Notes: generated by a model not told the origin, from the sequence alone. Counted from the stretch's first letter, positions 1 through 8,796 are shown. The stretch: 29,968 nucleotides of DNA from Aureispira sp. (GCA_024222455.1 JAAEPD010000521.1:1-29968), one strand, 5' to 3'. A program made the numbers and translations.

Positions 1-169
1 AAACCTTTCCTTATCTAAACCTAGTGCTGACCGCCATTTTCGATCCGTTGTTAAATCCGATATTGCTAACTTCATACTTCATTTTTTTTGCTAATTTAAC
101 ACTTTCTACTCGTCGCAACAACTCTATTTTCTTTGAGGGATTTTTTATGCTGTATAAAGTGCACTTTTT

Positions 170-889
170 CTAAAAAATTTGCTCAATAATCCAGTCTCTT
201 TTTCCTCTGCTTATAGGTAATCTTTCTTTGCCAATCTCTAGCATATTCCCATCCAAAGCACCTACCTTTTCTTTAGCTACAATATAGGATTTATGTACCC
301 TCAAAAACTTCCCCTCAGGTAATGAGTTTTCTAACTTTTTTAGGGATTCTAAGATCACAAACTTTTTTCCTCCTTCGCAGACAATCCGTACATATTCTCT
401 AAGTCCTTCTATATATATAATATCATTGAAATAAACCTTTTGTATCTTACCATCTACCTTAGCAGACATAAAATCCTTAGCCACATTTTTTATAGTCGGA
501 GTAACTTTTTCTACTAACTTAGGAGTCTTTTGAGCAATAATAGCCTTTGCCTTATTTACAGCTTGCAAAAAACGTTCAAAAGAAAAAGGTTTTAGCAAAT
601 AATCTATTGCATTTAGATCAAAGGCTTTAGTTGCATATTCAGCATAAGCTGTAGTAAATATAGTAACAGGAGGATTAGCCAAAGAGCCTAACAAGTTCAC
701 ACCACTGAGAGAAGGCATTTGTATGTCTAAAAACAATAAATCCACCTCTGTAGAATTCAATATTTCTAATGCCTTTATAGGCGATTTCACCTTATCTACT
801 ATTTCTAAATCAGGCAACCTTCCTACAAAATTTTCTAACAGGTTTAGTGCTAAAAACTCATCATCGACCAGAAGTACTTTTAGTTGCAT
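170..889 (-). CDS. LytTR-family two-component response regulator (REC + LytTR DNA-binding domain)
   Basis: N-terminal receiver motifs (LLVDDE...FLDIQMP...). C-terminal LytTR-type domain (VYFNDIIYIEG...KFLRVHKSYIV). No histidine kinase adjacent in the window. Confidence 0.88.
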   Translation of the reverse strand: MQLKVLLVDDEFLALNLLENFVGRLPDLEIVDKVKSPIKALEILNSTEVDLLFLDIQMPSLSGVNLLGSLANPPVTIFTTAYAEYATKAFDLNAIDYLLKPFSFERFLQAVNKAKAIIAQKTPKLVEKVTPTIKNVAKDFMSAKVDGKIQKVYFNDIIYIEGLREYVRIVCEGGKKFVILESLKKLENSLPEGKFLRVHKSYIVAKEKVGALDGNMLEIGKERLPISRGKRDWIIEQIF

Positions 890-910
890 ATCTTTTTATA
901 TTAATAGTCT

Positions 911-1639
911 CTATTTTTGACGACCAATAGTTTCTCCCATTTTTATGGCTGTTTCTACCCCATTTTTAGTATTCCGAATTAGATCTTCACTAAACTCTAC
1001 TTTACCTTTCTCCGTTAGTAAGACTGTTGTAGATCCACCAAAAGCAAAGTAGCCTTTTTCATCTCCTTTTTTAATTTCGCTATTGGGTTTGTATGTTTGA
1101 ATGATACTTCCCACCATAGTTGCCCCAACATCACAAAACAGTAAATCACCATAGTTTGGTGTTGATAAAATACTGTATTCACGTTTATTTTGGCAAAAGA
1201 TTTCTAAACTCTGTCTTAATGCTAATGGTGAGACCGAATAATAGTGCCCTTTGATCAAGGTAGAAGGACTTATAGTCCCTGATGCTGAAAAATGGAATCG
1301 GTGATAATCAATGGGTGCCAAACGAACAATAACCATTCCTCCACCTTTATATTTCTCAGCTAATTGCTTGTCTTGCAAAAAGGATTGAAGGTTAAATTCA
1401 GAGCCTTTTACAAAGAACTTACTGCTATCCTCTATCGAATCAAAAACAACTATTTTCCCATCTGCTGGAGACACTAAACCTTCTCCTATTGGCCTTGCTG
1501 TTGGTTTTATTTTTCGATAGAAAAAATCATTAAAAGATTTAAACCCACCCTCTGGAACTATATAATCTGTGAGATCAATATTGTTATTGGCAGCAAAACT
1601 CTCTACTCTTTTAGCAGAGCGTTGGTATTTAAATACCAT
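911..1639 (-). CDS. psd: phosphatidylserine decarboxylase, main body (clostridial/TIGR00163-like type); the N-terminal segment is in a different frame, see 1603-1797
   Basis: Strong family motifs: GGGMVIVRLAPIDYHRFHF, FCQNKREYSI, GATMVGSIIQTYKPN, KGDEKGYFAFGGSTTVL. Recalled Psd sequences are colinear with it. The M start at 1637-1639 is probably not the true start. Confidence 0.9.
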   Translation of the reverse strand: MVFKYQRSAKRVESFAANNNIDLTDYIVPEGGFKSFNDFFYRKIKPTARPIGEGLVSPADGKIVVFDSIEDSSKFFVKGSEFNLQSFLQDKQLAEKYKGGGMVIVRLAPIDYHRFHFSASGTISPSTLIKGHYYSVSPLALRQSLEIFCQNKREYSILSTPNYGDLLFCDVGATMVGSIIQTYKPNSEIKKGDEKGYFAFGGSTTVLLTEKGKVEFSEDLIRNTKNGVETAIKMGETIGRQK

Positions 1640-1797
1640 CCACCCAAGCTCGACACCAATTTTCTTTTCATTAGAATATGTAAAGAGGCTTTGCCCAATG
1701 GGTTATTTCCATAAAGGAATTTTAATACACCTTCTCCCGGTGGATTTTCTGCTATTTCTTTTCCTGTTGCTCTATCTATATAGCTAATTCTGCTCAT
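1603..1797 (-). pseudogene. psd: N-terminal segment of phosphatidylserine decarboxylase in a different reading frame; either a genuine frameshift or a sequencing indel
   Basis: 64 aa: MSRISYIDRATGKEIAENPPGEGVLKFLYGNNPLGKASLHILMKRKLVSSLGGWYLNT. This matches the conserved N-terminus of this Psd type (YxxRxTxxxxxExxxGExxLxxLY...KRKFxSxxYGxY). It ends 12 codons after overlapping the start region of the 911-1639 ORF. Reading ...GGWYLN then switching frame gives QRSAKRVESF..., which restores colinearity with homologs. The shift lies in the A/T-run tract around 1620-1632. Confidence 0.6.
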
Positions 1798-1937
1798 ATT
1801 ACGCCAAACGTTATTTAAAAATCATCTTAGTCAAAAACAAATATTATGATATTCAATTATATTTCCAATTAGGAGAAGTCTTATTTTTTATATAAATTTA
1901 GTTATAATCAATACACCCAAAACATTTAAACTAAGCA

Positions 1938-3062
1938 ATGGACGAACATAAACACGAATTTGCCCCTGACGAAAAGCTGATTGAAAAAGTACTAAAGCTC
2001 TCTTGTCCAGGTTGTGGTAGTCATTTAACCTACTCTGCCGAAAAACAAATGATTGCTTGCGACCATTGCGGTTTCTCTAAGGATTTTGATAAGGCTAACG
2101 ATATGGTTAGCGAAAACTCCCTTGCAGATGCTCAACAAATGATGGCACAATATACTCCTGCATCTATTTCTAAAAAAGTAGTAGAATGTGGAGGTTGTGG
2201 TTCTCAACTAATGATCGGGGAAGAAGAGGTAGCTGTTCGTTGCAATTTTTGTGGCTCAGAAAAGGTAAATGAAACTGCTTTTGATAAAAATTTGATTCAA
2301 CCACAAGGAATTATTCCTTTCAAGATACCTAAAAAAGAATCTAAAGATAAATTTCAAGTTTGGATAAAAAAAGGATGGTTTCATCCCAATAAACTAAAAA
2401 AACTTGCTGCATTAGGTGATGTACATGGCATTTATGTTCCTTTTTGGACTTATGACGCACATACACATAGTCAGTGGTCTGGCCAAGCTGGTTACTACTA
2501 CTACGAGACAGAGAGTTATACAGATTCTGAAGGAAATCGAAAAACACGTCAAGTTCGCAAAACTCGTTGGGTTTCGCGTAGTGGTTCATTTAGCCATTTT
2601 TTTGATGATGTGTTGGTTGTAGCTTCCAAAGGCCTTCCTCATAATATTATAACCAAGATATACCCTTTCCGATTAGAAGATGTAGTCAACTACGATCCTC
2701 AAGTTTTGGTAGGTTGGGAATCCGAAATTTATAGTGTAGATGTTAATGATGGTTATCGCATAGCTGATGGCATTATGGATGGCCGTCTTCGAGATATGGC
2801 TAGTAGAGATTTGGGTGGAGATACGCAACGCCATTTGAGTGTCAACTCTTCTAAATGGGACCAGACTTTCAAACATATTATTCTACCAGTATGGCTTTGT
2901 GCTTACCAATACAACGGTAAGACTTATCAGTTTGCTGTTAATGGTCAAACAGGTAAAATCAATGGAGAAAAACCATTATCTTGGGTCAAAATCACTTTGC
3001 TTATTTTAGTTATTGTAGCTATTGTAGCAACTATTGTGATACTCAACAATCAAAATTCATAA
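1938..3062 (+). CDS. hypothetical protein with two N-terminal zinc-ribbon pairs (CxxC-x17-CxxC twice) and a C-terminal transmembrane anchor
   Basis: CPGCGSH...CDHCGF and CGGCGSQ...CNFCGS motifs. The C-terminus is a hydrophobic helix (ITLLILVIVAIVATIVIL). The PAP2 gene follows 3 nt downstream on the same strand. Confidence 0.7.
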   Translation: MDEHKHEFAPDEKLIEKVLKLSCPGCGSHLTYSAEKQMIACDHCGFSKDFDKANDMVSENSLADAQQMMAQYTPASISKKVVECGGCGSQLMIGEEEVAVRCNFCGSEKVNETAFDKNLIQPQGIIPFKIPKKESKDKFQVWIKKGWFHPNKLKKLAALGDVHGIYVPFWTYDAHTHSQWSGQAGYYYYETESYTDSEGNRKTRQVRKTRWVSRSGSFSHFFDDVLVVASKGLPHNIITKIYPFRLEDVVNYDPQVLVGWESEIYSVDVNDGYRIADGIMDGRLRDMASRDLGGDTQRHLSVNSSKWDQTFKHIILPVWLCAYQYNGKTYQFAVNGQTGKINGEKPLSWVKITLLILVIVAIVATIVILNNQNS

Positions 3063-3065
3063 GTA

Positions 3066-3812
3066 ATGAAAGTGTTTTTATGCTGTTTATTCCTAATAGT
3101 AAATATATTAGGAACTCAAGCTCAGTATACCCCTGCATCCCCATCTCCTTACACCATGTCTTGGCAAGTAGATGCTCCTATAGGTGGTCTGAGTTTAGGT
3201 TTAGGTCTAACCTATATTCTCTTAGATCGTAAAACGAAACCTCTTACAGAAGAAAGCATAATGTTGCTTGATCGCAACAAGGTTTGGGGTATAGATAGAG
3301 GCGCCACAAAAAATTGGAGCCCAACTATGGCAAAAGTAAGTGATGGACTTATGTTTGGAAGCATGGCCCTCCCTGGCTTATTGTATATAGATCCAAAAGT
3401 CCGGAAAGACTACTGGAAAGTGGGTGTCATTTGGGCTGAAACCTTTGCATTGACTGCTGCTCTAACCAGTTTAACCAAAGTTTTGGTCAAACGTCCTAGA
3501 CCTTACACCTACAATCCGAATGCTCCAATGCACAAAAAACTAGAACGAGATGCCCAATATTCTTTTTTCTCTGGGCATACTTCCGTTACCGCCTCTATGT
3601 GTTTTATGACCGCCAAAGTCTTTACAGATTATAATCCCGGACACAAAGCAACACCTTGGGTTTGGGCCTCTGCAGCGGTAGTACCTGCAGTCACGGCTTA
3701 TTTACGTTATGGTGCAGGCAAACATTTTGTAACAGATGTTTTGATTGGTTACCTAATTGGTGCAGGAGTTGGTATATTGGTCCCTGAATTACATAAAATT
3801 AGAATCCGGTAA
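3066..3812 (+). CDS. PAP2-family (type 2 phosphatidic acid phosphatase-like) membrane phosphatase with a signal peptide
   Basis: All three PAP2 motifs are present: KVLVKRPRP (KxxxxxxRP), FFSGHTS (PSGH) and RYGAGKHFVTDV (SRxxxxxHxxxD). N-terminal signal peptide MKVFLCCLFLIVNILGTQAQ. Confidence 0.85.
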   Translation: MKVFLCCLFLIVNILGTQAQYTPASPSPYTMSWQVDAPIGGLSLGLGLTYILLDRKTKPLTEESIMLLDRNKVWGIDRGATKNWSPTMAKVSDGLMFGSMALPGLLYIDPKVRKDYWKVGVIWAETFALTAALTSLTKVLVKRPRPYTYNPNAPMHKKLERDAQYSFFSGHTSVTASMCFMTAKVFTDYNPGHKATPWVWASAAVVPAVTAYLRYGAGKHFVTDVLIGYLIGAGVGILVPELHKIRIR

Positions 3813-3885
3813 TATAGATTGTACTTGTTTCTTCGTTAATTAAGAAAACATACCATCTATTAAACAATATAAGTTAGAGATAATT

Positions 3886-4398
3886 ATGCGATACTTACAA
3901 TTTCTTGCCTTTCTTAGTTTAATCTTATTTAGTAGTTGTGGAGGTGGAAATAAAGACTGTCCTTATGGCGACCCTCAGGCTATTTTCAATGATAAAATAC
4001 CTGGAGGAACCAATCATAAATTTAGTGTCTCTAATGGCAGTTCTACAGAATCTATAGATTTTGCAGATATGGATTTTAGTATAGAAGTATTTCAATCTGG
4101 TTGTGAAGAAATTACACAAGAGTTTCGATTCCATTTAATTGGGGAATTAGACCCTAATATTCCTGCCCCAGAATGTGCTTTAATTATAGCTGGAATTTTC
4201 CAAGCTTTAGGACAACAGGACCCTTCTTTATTCCAATTGGGTAGTTGGGCTGATGCAATTGGACAAAGCTCACTAGATTTTCAATACAATGAGTCTACAA
4301 ATCTTACAGGGCACCCTTTCCATGCTCAGTTAGACAAGACACATGGCAGTAATTCTGCTATTGTCACCTTAGCTCTCAAAAGCTCCTCTGATGAATAA
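3886..4398 (+). CDS. hypothetical lipoprotein
   Basis: Signal peptide with a lipobox-like LFSSC. No recognisable domain. Followed by an overlapping downstream gene (ATGA-type overlap). Confidence 0.55.
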   Translation: MRYLQFLAFLSLILFSSCGGGNKDCPYGDPQAIFNDKIPGGTNHKFSVSNGSSTESIDFADMDFSIEVFQSGCEEITQEFRFHLIGELDPNIPAPECALIIAGIFQALGQQDPSLFQLGSWADAIGQSSLDFQYNESTNLTGHPFHAQLDKTHGSNSAIVTLALKSSSDE

Positions 4399-4966
4399 TT
4401 CAAATTTAGATAGTCATTTAACTACTGAATATACTAAATTAGCTCAAGCTTCTGGAACAGCACTTTTCCAAAAAGGTGATAGGATTTATGCTGCTAAACA
4501 ACCAAGCACTTGGGTTTTTACAACCTTATTTATAGTTGGTCTTCTTACTCTAATATTAGGAGGTAATGGTTTAGGCTTAACTATTGCAAAATTAATTGGG
4601 TCAGAAGGTTTACAGGATTCAAGCTGGCTATTTGGTCTAATTCCGCTTGCTCTTGGAATTCTTTCAGGAATTGGTGCTTGGAAATTGTACCAATATAAAA
4701 AGAGAGTTGCTAGCTTGCCTTTTGATCAATTAACTTGTATCTGCATTTTTAATCTAGAAGATAAGACATTGCTAAATGCAAAAGGAGACACTCTTGCTAG
4801 ATTAACAGATATAAGATGGGCAAAAAAAATGCAGCTAACATCTAGTTCACCAACATTAGTTCTTAGTTATCCTCCTTCTAAAGATAAAATCATCATAGTC
4901 AAAGGCAATCCTTTTGGAGGAGGTATCAAACCTATCCAAAACGAACTTAGAAGGCTTGGATTTTAA
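4391..4966 (+). CDS. hypothetical membrane protein with two or three predicted TM helices
   Basis: Hydrophobic helices (WVFTTLFIVGLLTLILGG, LFGLIPLALGILSGIGAW). The start overlaps the stop of the upstream lipoprotein gene by 8 nt, indicating an operon. Confidence 0.55.
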   Translation: MNNSNLDSHLTTEYTKLAQASGTALFQKGDRIYAAKQPSTWVFTTLFIVGLLTLILGGNGLGLTIAKLIGSEGLQDSSWLFGLIPLALGILSGIGAWKLYQYKKRVASLPFDQLTCICIFNLEDKTLLNAKGDTLARLTDIRWAKKMQLTSSSPTLVLSYPPSKDKIIIVKGNPFGGGIKPIQNELRRLGF

Positions 4967-5012
4967 TACAAAAAACGCCTAACAACATAGAGAAGTTGTT
5001 AGACGCTTTATA
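4966..5012. terminator. bidirectional rho-independent terminator between convergent genes, stronger for rtcB
   Basis: The imperfect hairpin aacgcctaacaac / gttgttagacgctt has an 8-bp perfect core and a 9-nt loop. An A-run lies to the left, giving a U-run on the minus strand. A T-rich stretch lies to the right. Confidence 0.55.
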
Positions 5013-5030
5013 TTCTACTTTTATACATTC

Positions 5031-6437
5031 TTAATCCTCTGACTCATCCATACGAACAATCTTAGGATGGAATGCTCCTACTATATCAACTAGATCTTGC
5101 TGAGCTGACATCACATCATGAATATTTTTGTAGGCAAATGGTGCTTCATCCAAACCACCTCCAATCAATTCAACTCCTTTTCTATTGAGCTCTTCACGCA
5201 ACATTTTATTCGTAAATTGATTTTTAGCCTTTCGACGAGAAAACAATCGTCCTGCTCCATGTGAAGCCGAATTGATAGCATTCTCAGCACCTAATCCACG
5301 TACAATATAAGCTGGTGACGCCATAGATCCTGGAATAACCCCCAACTCTCCTTTCTTAGCTGGTGTAGCTCCCTTACGGTGAACAAAAACATTACGACCA
5401 TCAGCCAACTGCTCTTTCCATGCAAAGTTATGGTGATTTTCGACCATTGCTAGCGATTTCATCCCTAGTGCATTGGATATTCGTTTGTGGATATGGTGAT
5501 GACAAGCAGATGCATAATCTCCAGCCATATTCATAGCCATCCAATATTCTTGACCTTCACTCTCGTTCATATACAACCAAGACAAATGAGCTACCTCTTT
5601 AGGTAGATTTCGTTTATCCTTAGCTATTCGAGTATAAGTGTTGGCTATTTTAGCTCCAAATCCTCTAGAACCAGAATGAGATAAGACTGCTAGATACTCA
5701 CCTAATGGGAGTCCAAATTCATTGTTTTCATTTGTGATAACTACCACTCCAAAATCAACGAAATGATTACCTCCACCAGAAGACCCAATTTGACGATAAG
5801 CTTTGTCTTTCAAGTGTTGTAGCAATGCTAAGTCTTTGAATTCATCTCGATCCAAAAAATCATCATCTCGCTTGTTGTCCTCAAAAGTAGAGCGTCCAAA
5901 TCGAGTATTATCTGTCAAGATAGTCTTTAGCAGATCAGTATTTTTAGTCAAAAAATCTTTTCTTGCTTCAAATATGCTCATACACATACGGCATCCAATA
6001 TCAACACCTACACCATAAGGTATAATAGCATCTTGTGTAGCCAAGACACCTCCAATAGGTAATCCATAACCTTGATGAGCATCAGGCATTAGGGCACCAT
6101 CCACAGTTATGGGCAAGCTCATGGCTTGACGCATTTGTTTTTTGGCACCATCCTCTATACCTTCTGCTCCATAGATTTGGAAAGGTTTGTCTTTGAATTC
6201 GTAAATTTCTCGCTTGGCTTTTTTATCTGCAATCTTGATAGCTATAGGAGCTAATGTTGGGTTACCAAGATAATCTTCTGGTTTCTCTATAATTTTCTGC
6301 AAGATATCCATTTTAGTCTCCTTGCTTTCATACTTATAGGCTCGTCCAACTATGATCATAGCCAAACTTCTGATTGCAGCATCTCGGTAGCCTAGTTGAG
6401 ATAAATCTTTCCCACGCAATTTTGCTTTTTTAGACAT
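5031..6437 (-). CDS. rtcB: RtcB family RNA-splicing/repair ligase
   Basis: 468 aa with the signature NSASHGAGR and GGGNHF motifs and a conserved metal-binding Cys/His pattern. No rtcA or rtcR nearby. Confidence 0.93.
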   Translation of the reverse strand: MSKKAKLRGKDLSQLGYRDAAIRSLAMIIVGRAYKYESKETKMDILQKIIEKPEDYLGNPTLAPIAIKIADKKAKREIYEFKDKPFQIYGAEGIEDGAKKQMRQAMSLPITVDGALMPDAHQGYGLPIGGVLATQDAIIPYGVGVDIGCRMCMSIFEARKDFLTKNTDLLKTILTDNTRFGRSTFEDNKRDDDFLDRDEFKDLALLQHLKDKAYRQIGSSGGGNHFVDFGVVVITNENNEFGLPLGEYLAVLSHSGSRGFGAKIANTYTRIAKDKRNLPKEVAHLSWLYMNESEGQEYWMAMNMAGDYASACHHHIHKRISNALGMKSLAMVENHHNFAWKEQLADGRNVFVHRKGATPAKKGELGVIPGSMASPAYIVRGLGAENAINSASHGAGRLFSRRKAKNQFTNKMLREELNRKGVELIGGGLDEAPFAYKNIHDVMSAQQDLVDIVGAFHPKIVRMDESED

Positions 6438-6632
6438 GGTAGTTCATTTTGTTTAATACTCTCCTAACTCCTATTCTATAATGAGAATAAGATTATTTTA
6501 ATAGTTAGTGAAGATAAAATAAGAAAATAGTTAACACTTGCCAAGGTGGGTCGCTACCGTACGAACAATGAAACTGCATCTAATTCAAAAAAATTCCATC
6601 AAAGGGCAATTTATTCATTTTTTTATACTCAC

Positions 6633-6965
6633 TTACAAGATGGAAGGGAATTGAGCCCAAGATTCACTTGCTTCTGGTATAAGGTTTATCCCAAAACCAC
6701 CATTCTCCCAAAGAGATTCATACTTCCCCCACATTGCCAAAACGTTTGGTGAGTTTTGGGCACGACTAAAGGCCTTATCATCTACCCACTCAAATATTTC
6801 AAGAATGATTTGAGGGTTTTTACGGCTAGACATTCTAAATATCGGATTTGGAGTTATTAGCTTCTCCCCTCTCATTATTTCTTCACATTCCTTGAGAAGA
6901 GCAATAAACGCTTCTTGGCTCGTTTCTTTGACTTTATATGTCGCAAATACAAATTGAGGCTTCAT
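6633..6965 (-). CDS. small ABM (antibiotic biosynthesis monooxygenase)-like / Dabb-fold protein
   Basis: 110 aa. The pattern FVFATYKVKETSQEAF...ILEIFEWVDDKAFSRAQNSPNVLAMWGK resembles ABM-domain proteins. The assignment rests on remembered family features only. Confidence 0.5.
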   Translation of the reverse strand: MKPQFVFATYKVKETSQEAFIALLKECEEIMRGEKLITPNPIFRMSSRKNPQIILEIFEWVDDKAFSRAQNSPNVLAMWGKYESLWENGGFGINLIPEASESWAQFPSIL

Positions 6966-7024
6966 TTTATTTTAAGTTTTGGATAAACAAGTCCATTAAA
7001 TCTCATATTCTTAAATATAATGCC

Positions 7025-7032
7025 TACTTTTG
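7025..7032 (+). promoter_or_regulatory. candidate Bacteroidota sigma-A -7 element (TAnnTTTG) upstream of the cold-shock gene
   Basis: TACTTTTG lies about 60 nt upstream of the csp ATG. No clear -33 TTG partner is seen, so the call is weak. Confidence 0.3.
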
Positions 7033-7092
7033 TGTTTTATAATATTTTTAAAGGTTGTTTTATACAACTTCTATTTCAAAATTTTGAATGTA

Positions 7093-7296
7093 ATGGATAA
7101 AAGTACAGGTACAGTAAAGTTCTTCAATGAGTCAAAAGGATTTGGATTTATCACACCAGATGCTGGTGGTAAAGATATTTTCGTTCATGTAAGCGGATTA
7201 GAAAACGATATCTACGAAGGAGACAAAGTAAGCTACGATGTTGAAGATGGTAGAAAAGGATTGAATGCAGTTAATGTTCAAGTTGAGCAGAACTAA
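7093..7296 (+). CDS. cspA: cold-shock protein, CspA family
   Basis: [36 protein letters not shown]... carries the canonical RNP1/RNP2 cold-shock-domain motifs. The upstream in-frame ATG at 7030 adds only a junk hydrophobic extension. Confidence 0.93.
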   Translation: MDKSTGTVKFFNESKGFGFITPDAGGKDIFVHVSGLENDIYEGDKVSYDVEDGRKGLNAVNVQVEQN

Positions 7297-7321
7297 GATT
7301 CAATTTATAAATTATTTTTGG

Positions 7322-7351
7322 AAGCCCATCAGCAATGATGGGCTTTTTTTG
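7322..7351 (+). terminator. rho-independent terminator of the csp gene
   Basis: Perfect 10-bp stem aagcccatca / tgatgggctt with loop gcaa, followed by TTTTTTT. Confidence 0.9.
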
Positions 7352-7387
7352 TTCCTCTTTTTCTTGTCTAGAGATTAGACATTATTA

Positions 7388-8413
7388 CTACTCTTTAAGA
7401 ACTTTGATTGTAGTTTCTCCTTCCTCTGTTTGCACTTTTATAAAATAAATTCCCTTTGGGCCTTCTAGTTCTAAATTTATTTCTTGCATTGTATCATAAT
7501 TCTGATGATAAACAACTTTTCCCATGAGGTTAAATATATCTACATTAACATCAGTATACATTTTTTCAAGTCTTAGTCCTAAGGTTCTTTGAGTTGGATT
7601 TGGAAAAACATCTACATTTATTTGCTCTACAAAAACTTCAGAAATATCGGTGATGATAGGGTAACAGTTTGTGCTATATGATCCTGTCCATCCCGTAATA
7701 ATCCAATTGGTTGCTGCATAGGAGGTATCATCTACTTGGATACAGGTAAAATTAGAAGAATACGCATTAAACTCACTAGAGATAATGTTTGTATTGTTTC
7801 CATTTTTCAGGTTCACATTTATCAATTGAGGGCCTCCAAAATGAAGACGAAACAATAAACTATTCTTACTCAAATCTAATGTCGTCAACTGATTATTAGA
7901 ACAAATTATAGTTGATAGGCTTGGGTTAGAACTCAGATTCAATGATGTTAACTGATTCCCAAAACAATTAAAATAAAGTAAGTTTGCATTAGAACTTAGA
8001 TCTAAATTTGTTAATTGATTGTAATGACAATCTAAATACGTTAAAGCTGTGTTTGCACTCACATTTAGAAATACCAAAGGGTTCATGAAACATCTAACCT
8101 CGGTAAGTGCAATATTCATACTAAGATCTAAACTATCTATGCTATTCATAGTGCATGTGAGTTTATCCAGTGCGATAAATGTTTCTATTCCAGTTAAATC
8201 AGTTATTCCTTTATTACTAACATCCATTGTCCCTGAAAAAGCCTGCGCTTCAGAAATTTGGATAGCAGTATCACTATTGGTATTAATAGAAGTGTTAGCT
8301 AGCAGTGTAGCTTTAAAATTAGCGTCTGGAATTATTACTACTTGAGCACTACTTTTAGCGCCTAAGCCTATAAAAAAGAATAGAGTAATTGTTGAAAAAA
8401 ATAAGTTGTTCAT
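7388..8413 (-). CDS. leucine-rich-repeat surface protein with a signal peptide and a T9SS type A C-terminal sorting domain
   Basis: Tandem LRR units (LTNLDLSSNANL, LTSLNLSSNPSL, LTTLDLSKNSL). C-terminal Por-secretion sorting domain (VFPNPTQRTLGLRLE...IYFIKVQTEEGETTIKVLKE). N-terminal signal peptide. Confidence 0.85.
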   Translation of the reverse strand: MNNLFFSTITLFFFIGLGAKSSAQVVIIPDANFKATLLANTSINTNSDTAIQISEAQAFSGTMDVSNKGITDLTGIETFIALDKLTCTMNSIDSLDLSMNIALTEVRCFMNPLVFLNVSANTALTYLDCHYNQLTNLDLSSNANLLYFNCFGNQLTSLNLSSNPSLSTIICSNNQLTTLDLSKNSLLFRLHFGGPQLINVNLKNGNNTNIISSEFNAYSSNFTCIQVDDTSYAATNWIITGWTGSYSTNCYPIITDISEVFVEQINVDVFPNPTQRTLGLRLEKMYTDVNVDIFNLMGKVVYHQNYDTMQEINLELEGPKGIYFIKVQTEEGETTIKVLKE

Positions 8414-8730
8414 GGGTAAGTTTTTTTTATCTAAAATAGGTTGTTTAAGGTATTCTATTCGGGATAGATAAATTGAGCCGCAAGATATAACAAGTATTTA
8501 TATTTTTATACATTAAAGATATTCAGTATATATCATCACGAAAAAGCACATAAGACTATGTCTACAATGCAGTCTCCTTCCAATAGATTCAAGCATCCAT
8601 CATAAACACCTAATTAATTCCCCGCAACTAGCTCAGCTTAAACAACAATCCATAAACCACTATTAAACAAGAACTTAAAACACTTCCTTTGTTTTATTTA
8701 AAATAAATATTCTACAGTGGGAACTTATGC

Positions 8731-8796
8731 CCCCTTGACTTAGTTTAAGAAGTGTGCAAAGTAGTTAGTTTCAAATTTAAACTAAGTCAAAGCCCC
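8731..8796 (+). promoter_or_regulatory. 14-bp perfect inverted repeat (TTGACTTAGTTTAA / TTAAACTAAGTCAA) with a 28-nt spacer and flanking CCCC tracts; the TTAGTTT motif occurs three times
   Basis: Read directly from the sequence. Left arm 8735-8748, right arm 8777-8790. An additional direct TTAGTTT copy lies in the spacer at 8764-8770. The element sits about 80-140 nt upstream of the MVP start codon. Confidence 0.45.

Noticed and set aside
156-168. 12-nt palindrome AAAGTGCACTTT followed by a T-run just downstream of the response-regulator stop
   Set aside because: The T-run is on the plus strand whereas the gene is on the minus strand. The stem is only 4-5 bp with a tiny loop, so this is not a convincing terminator.
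2025-3232. Small ORFs overlapping the zinc-ribbon gene on both strands (2025-2207, 2341-2589, 2416-2622, 2673-2876, 2981-3232)
   Set aside because: They are shadow ORFs of the 374-aa CDS.
6546-6752. 68-aa plus-strand ORF between rtcB and the ABM-like gene
   Set aside because: It overlaps the 3' end of the minus-strand ABM-like gene and its translation has no features. The region is more likely intergenic or promoter DNA.
7030-7092. Upstream in-frame ATG extending the cold-shock ORF to 88 aa
   Set aside because: The 21-aa extension ([21 protein letters not shown]) is a hydrophobic low-complexity translation of AT-rich DNA. CspA-family proteins begin at MxKxxGTVKFFN, so the start is at 7093.
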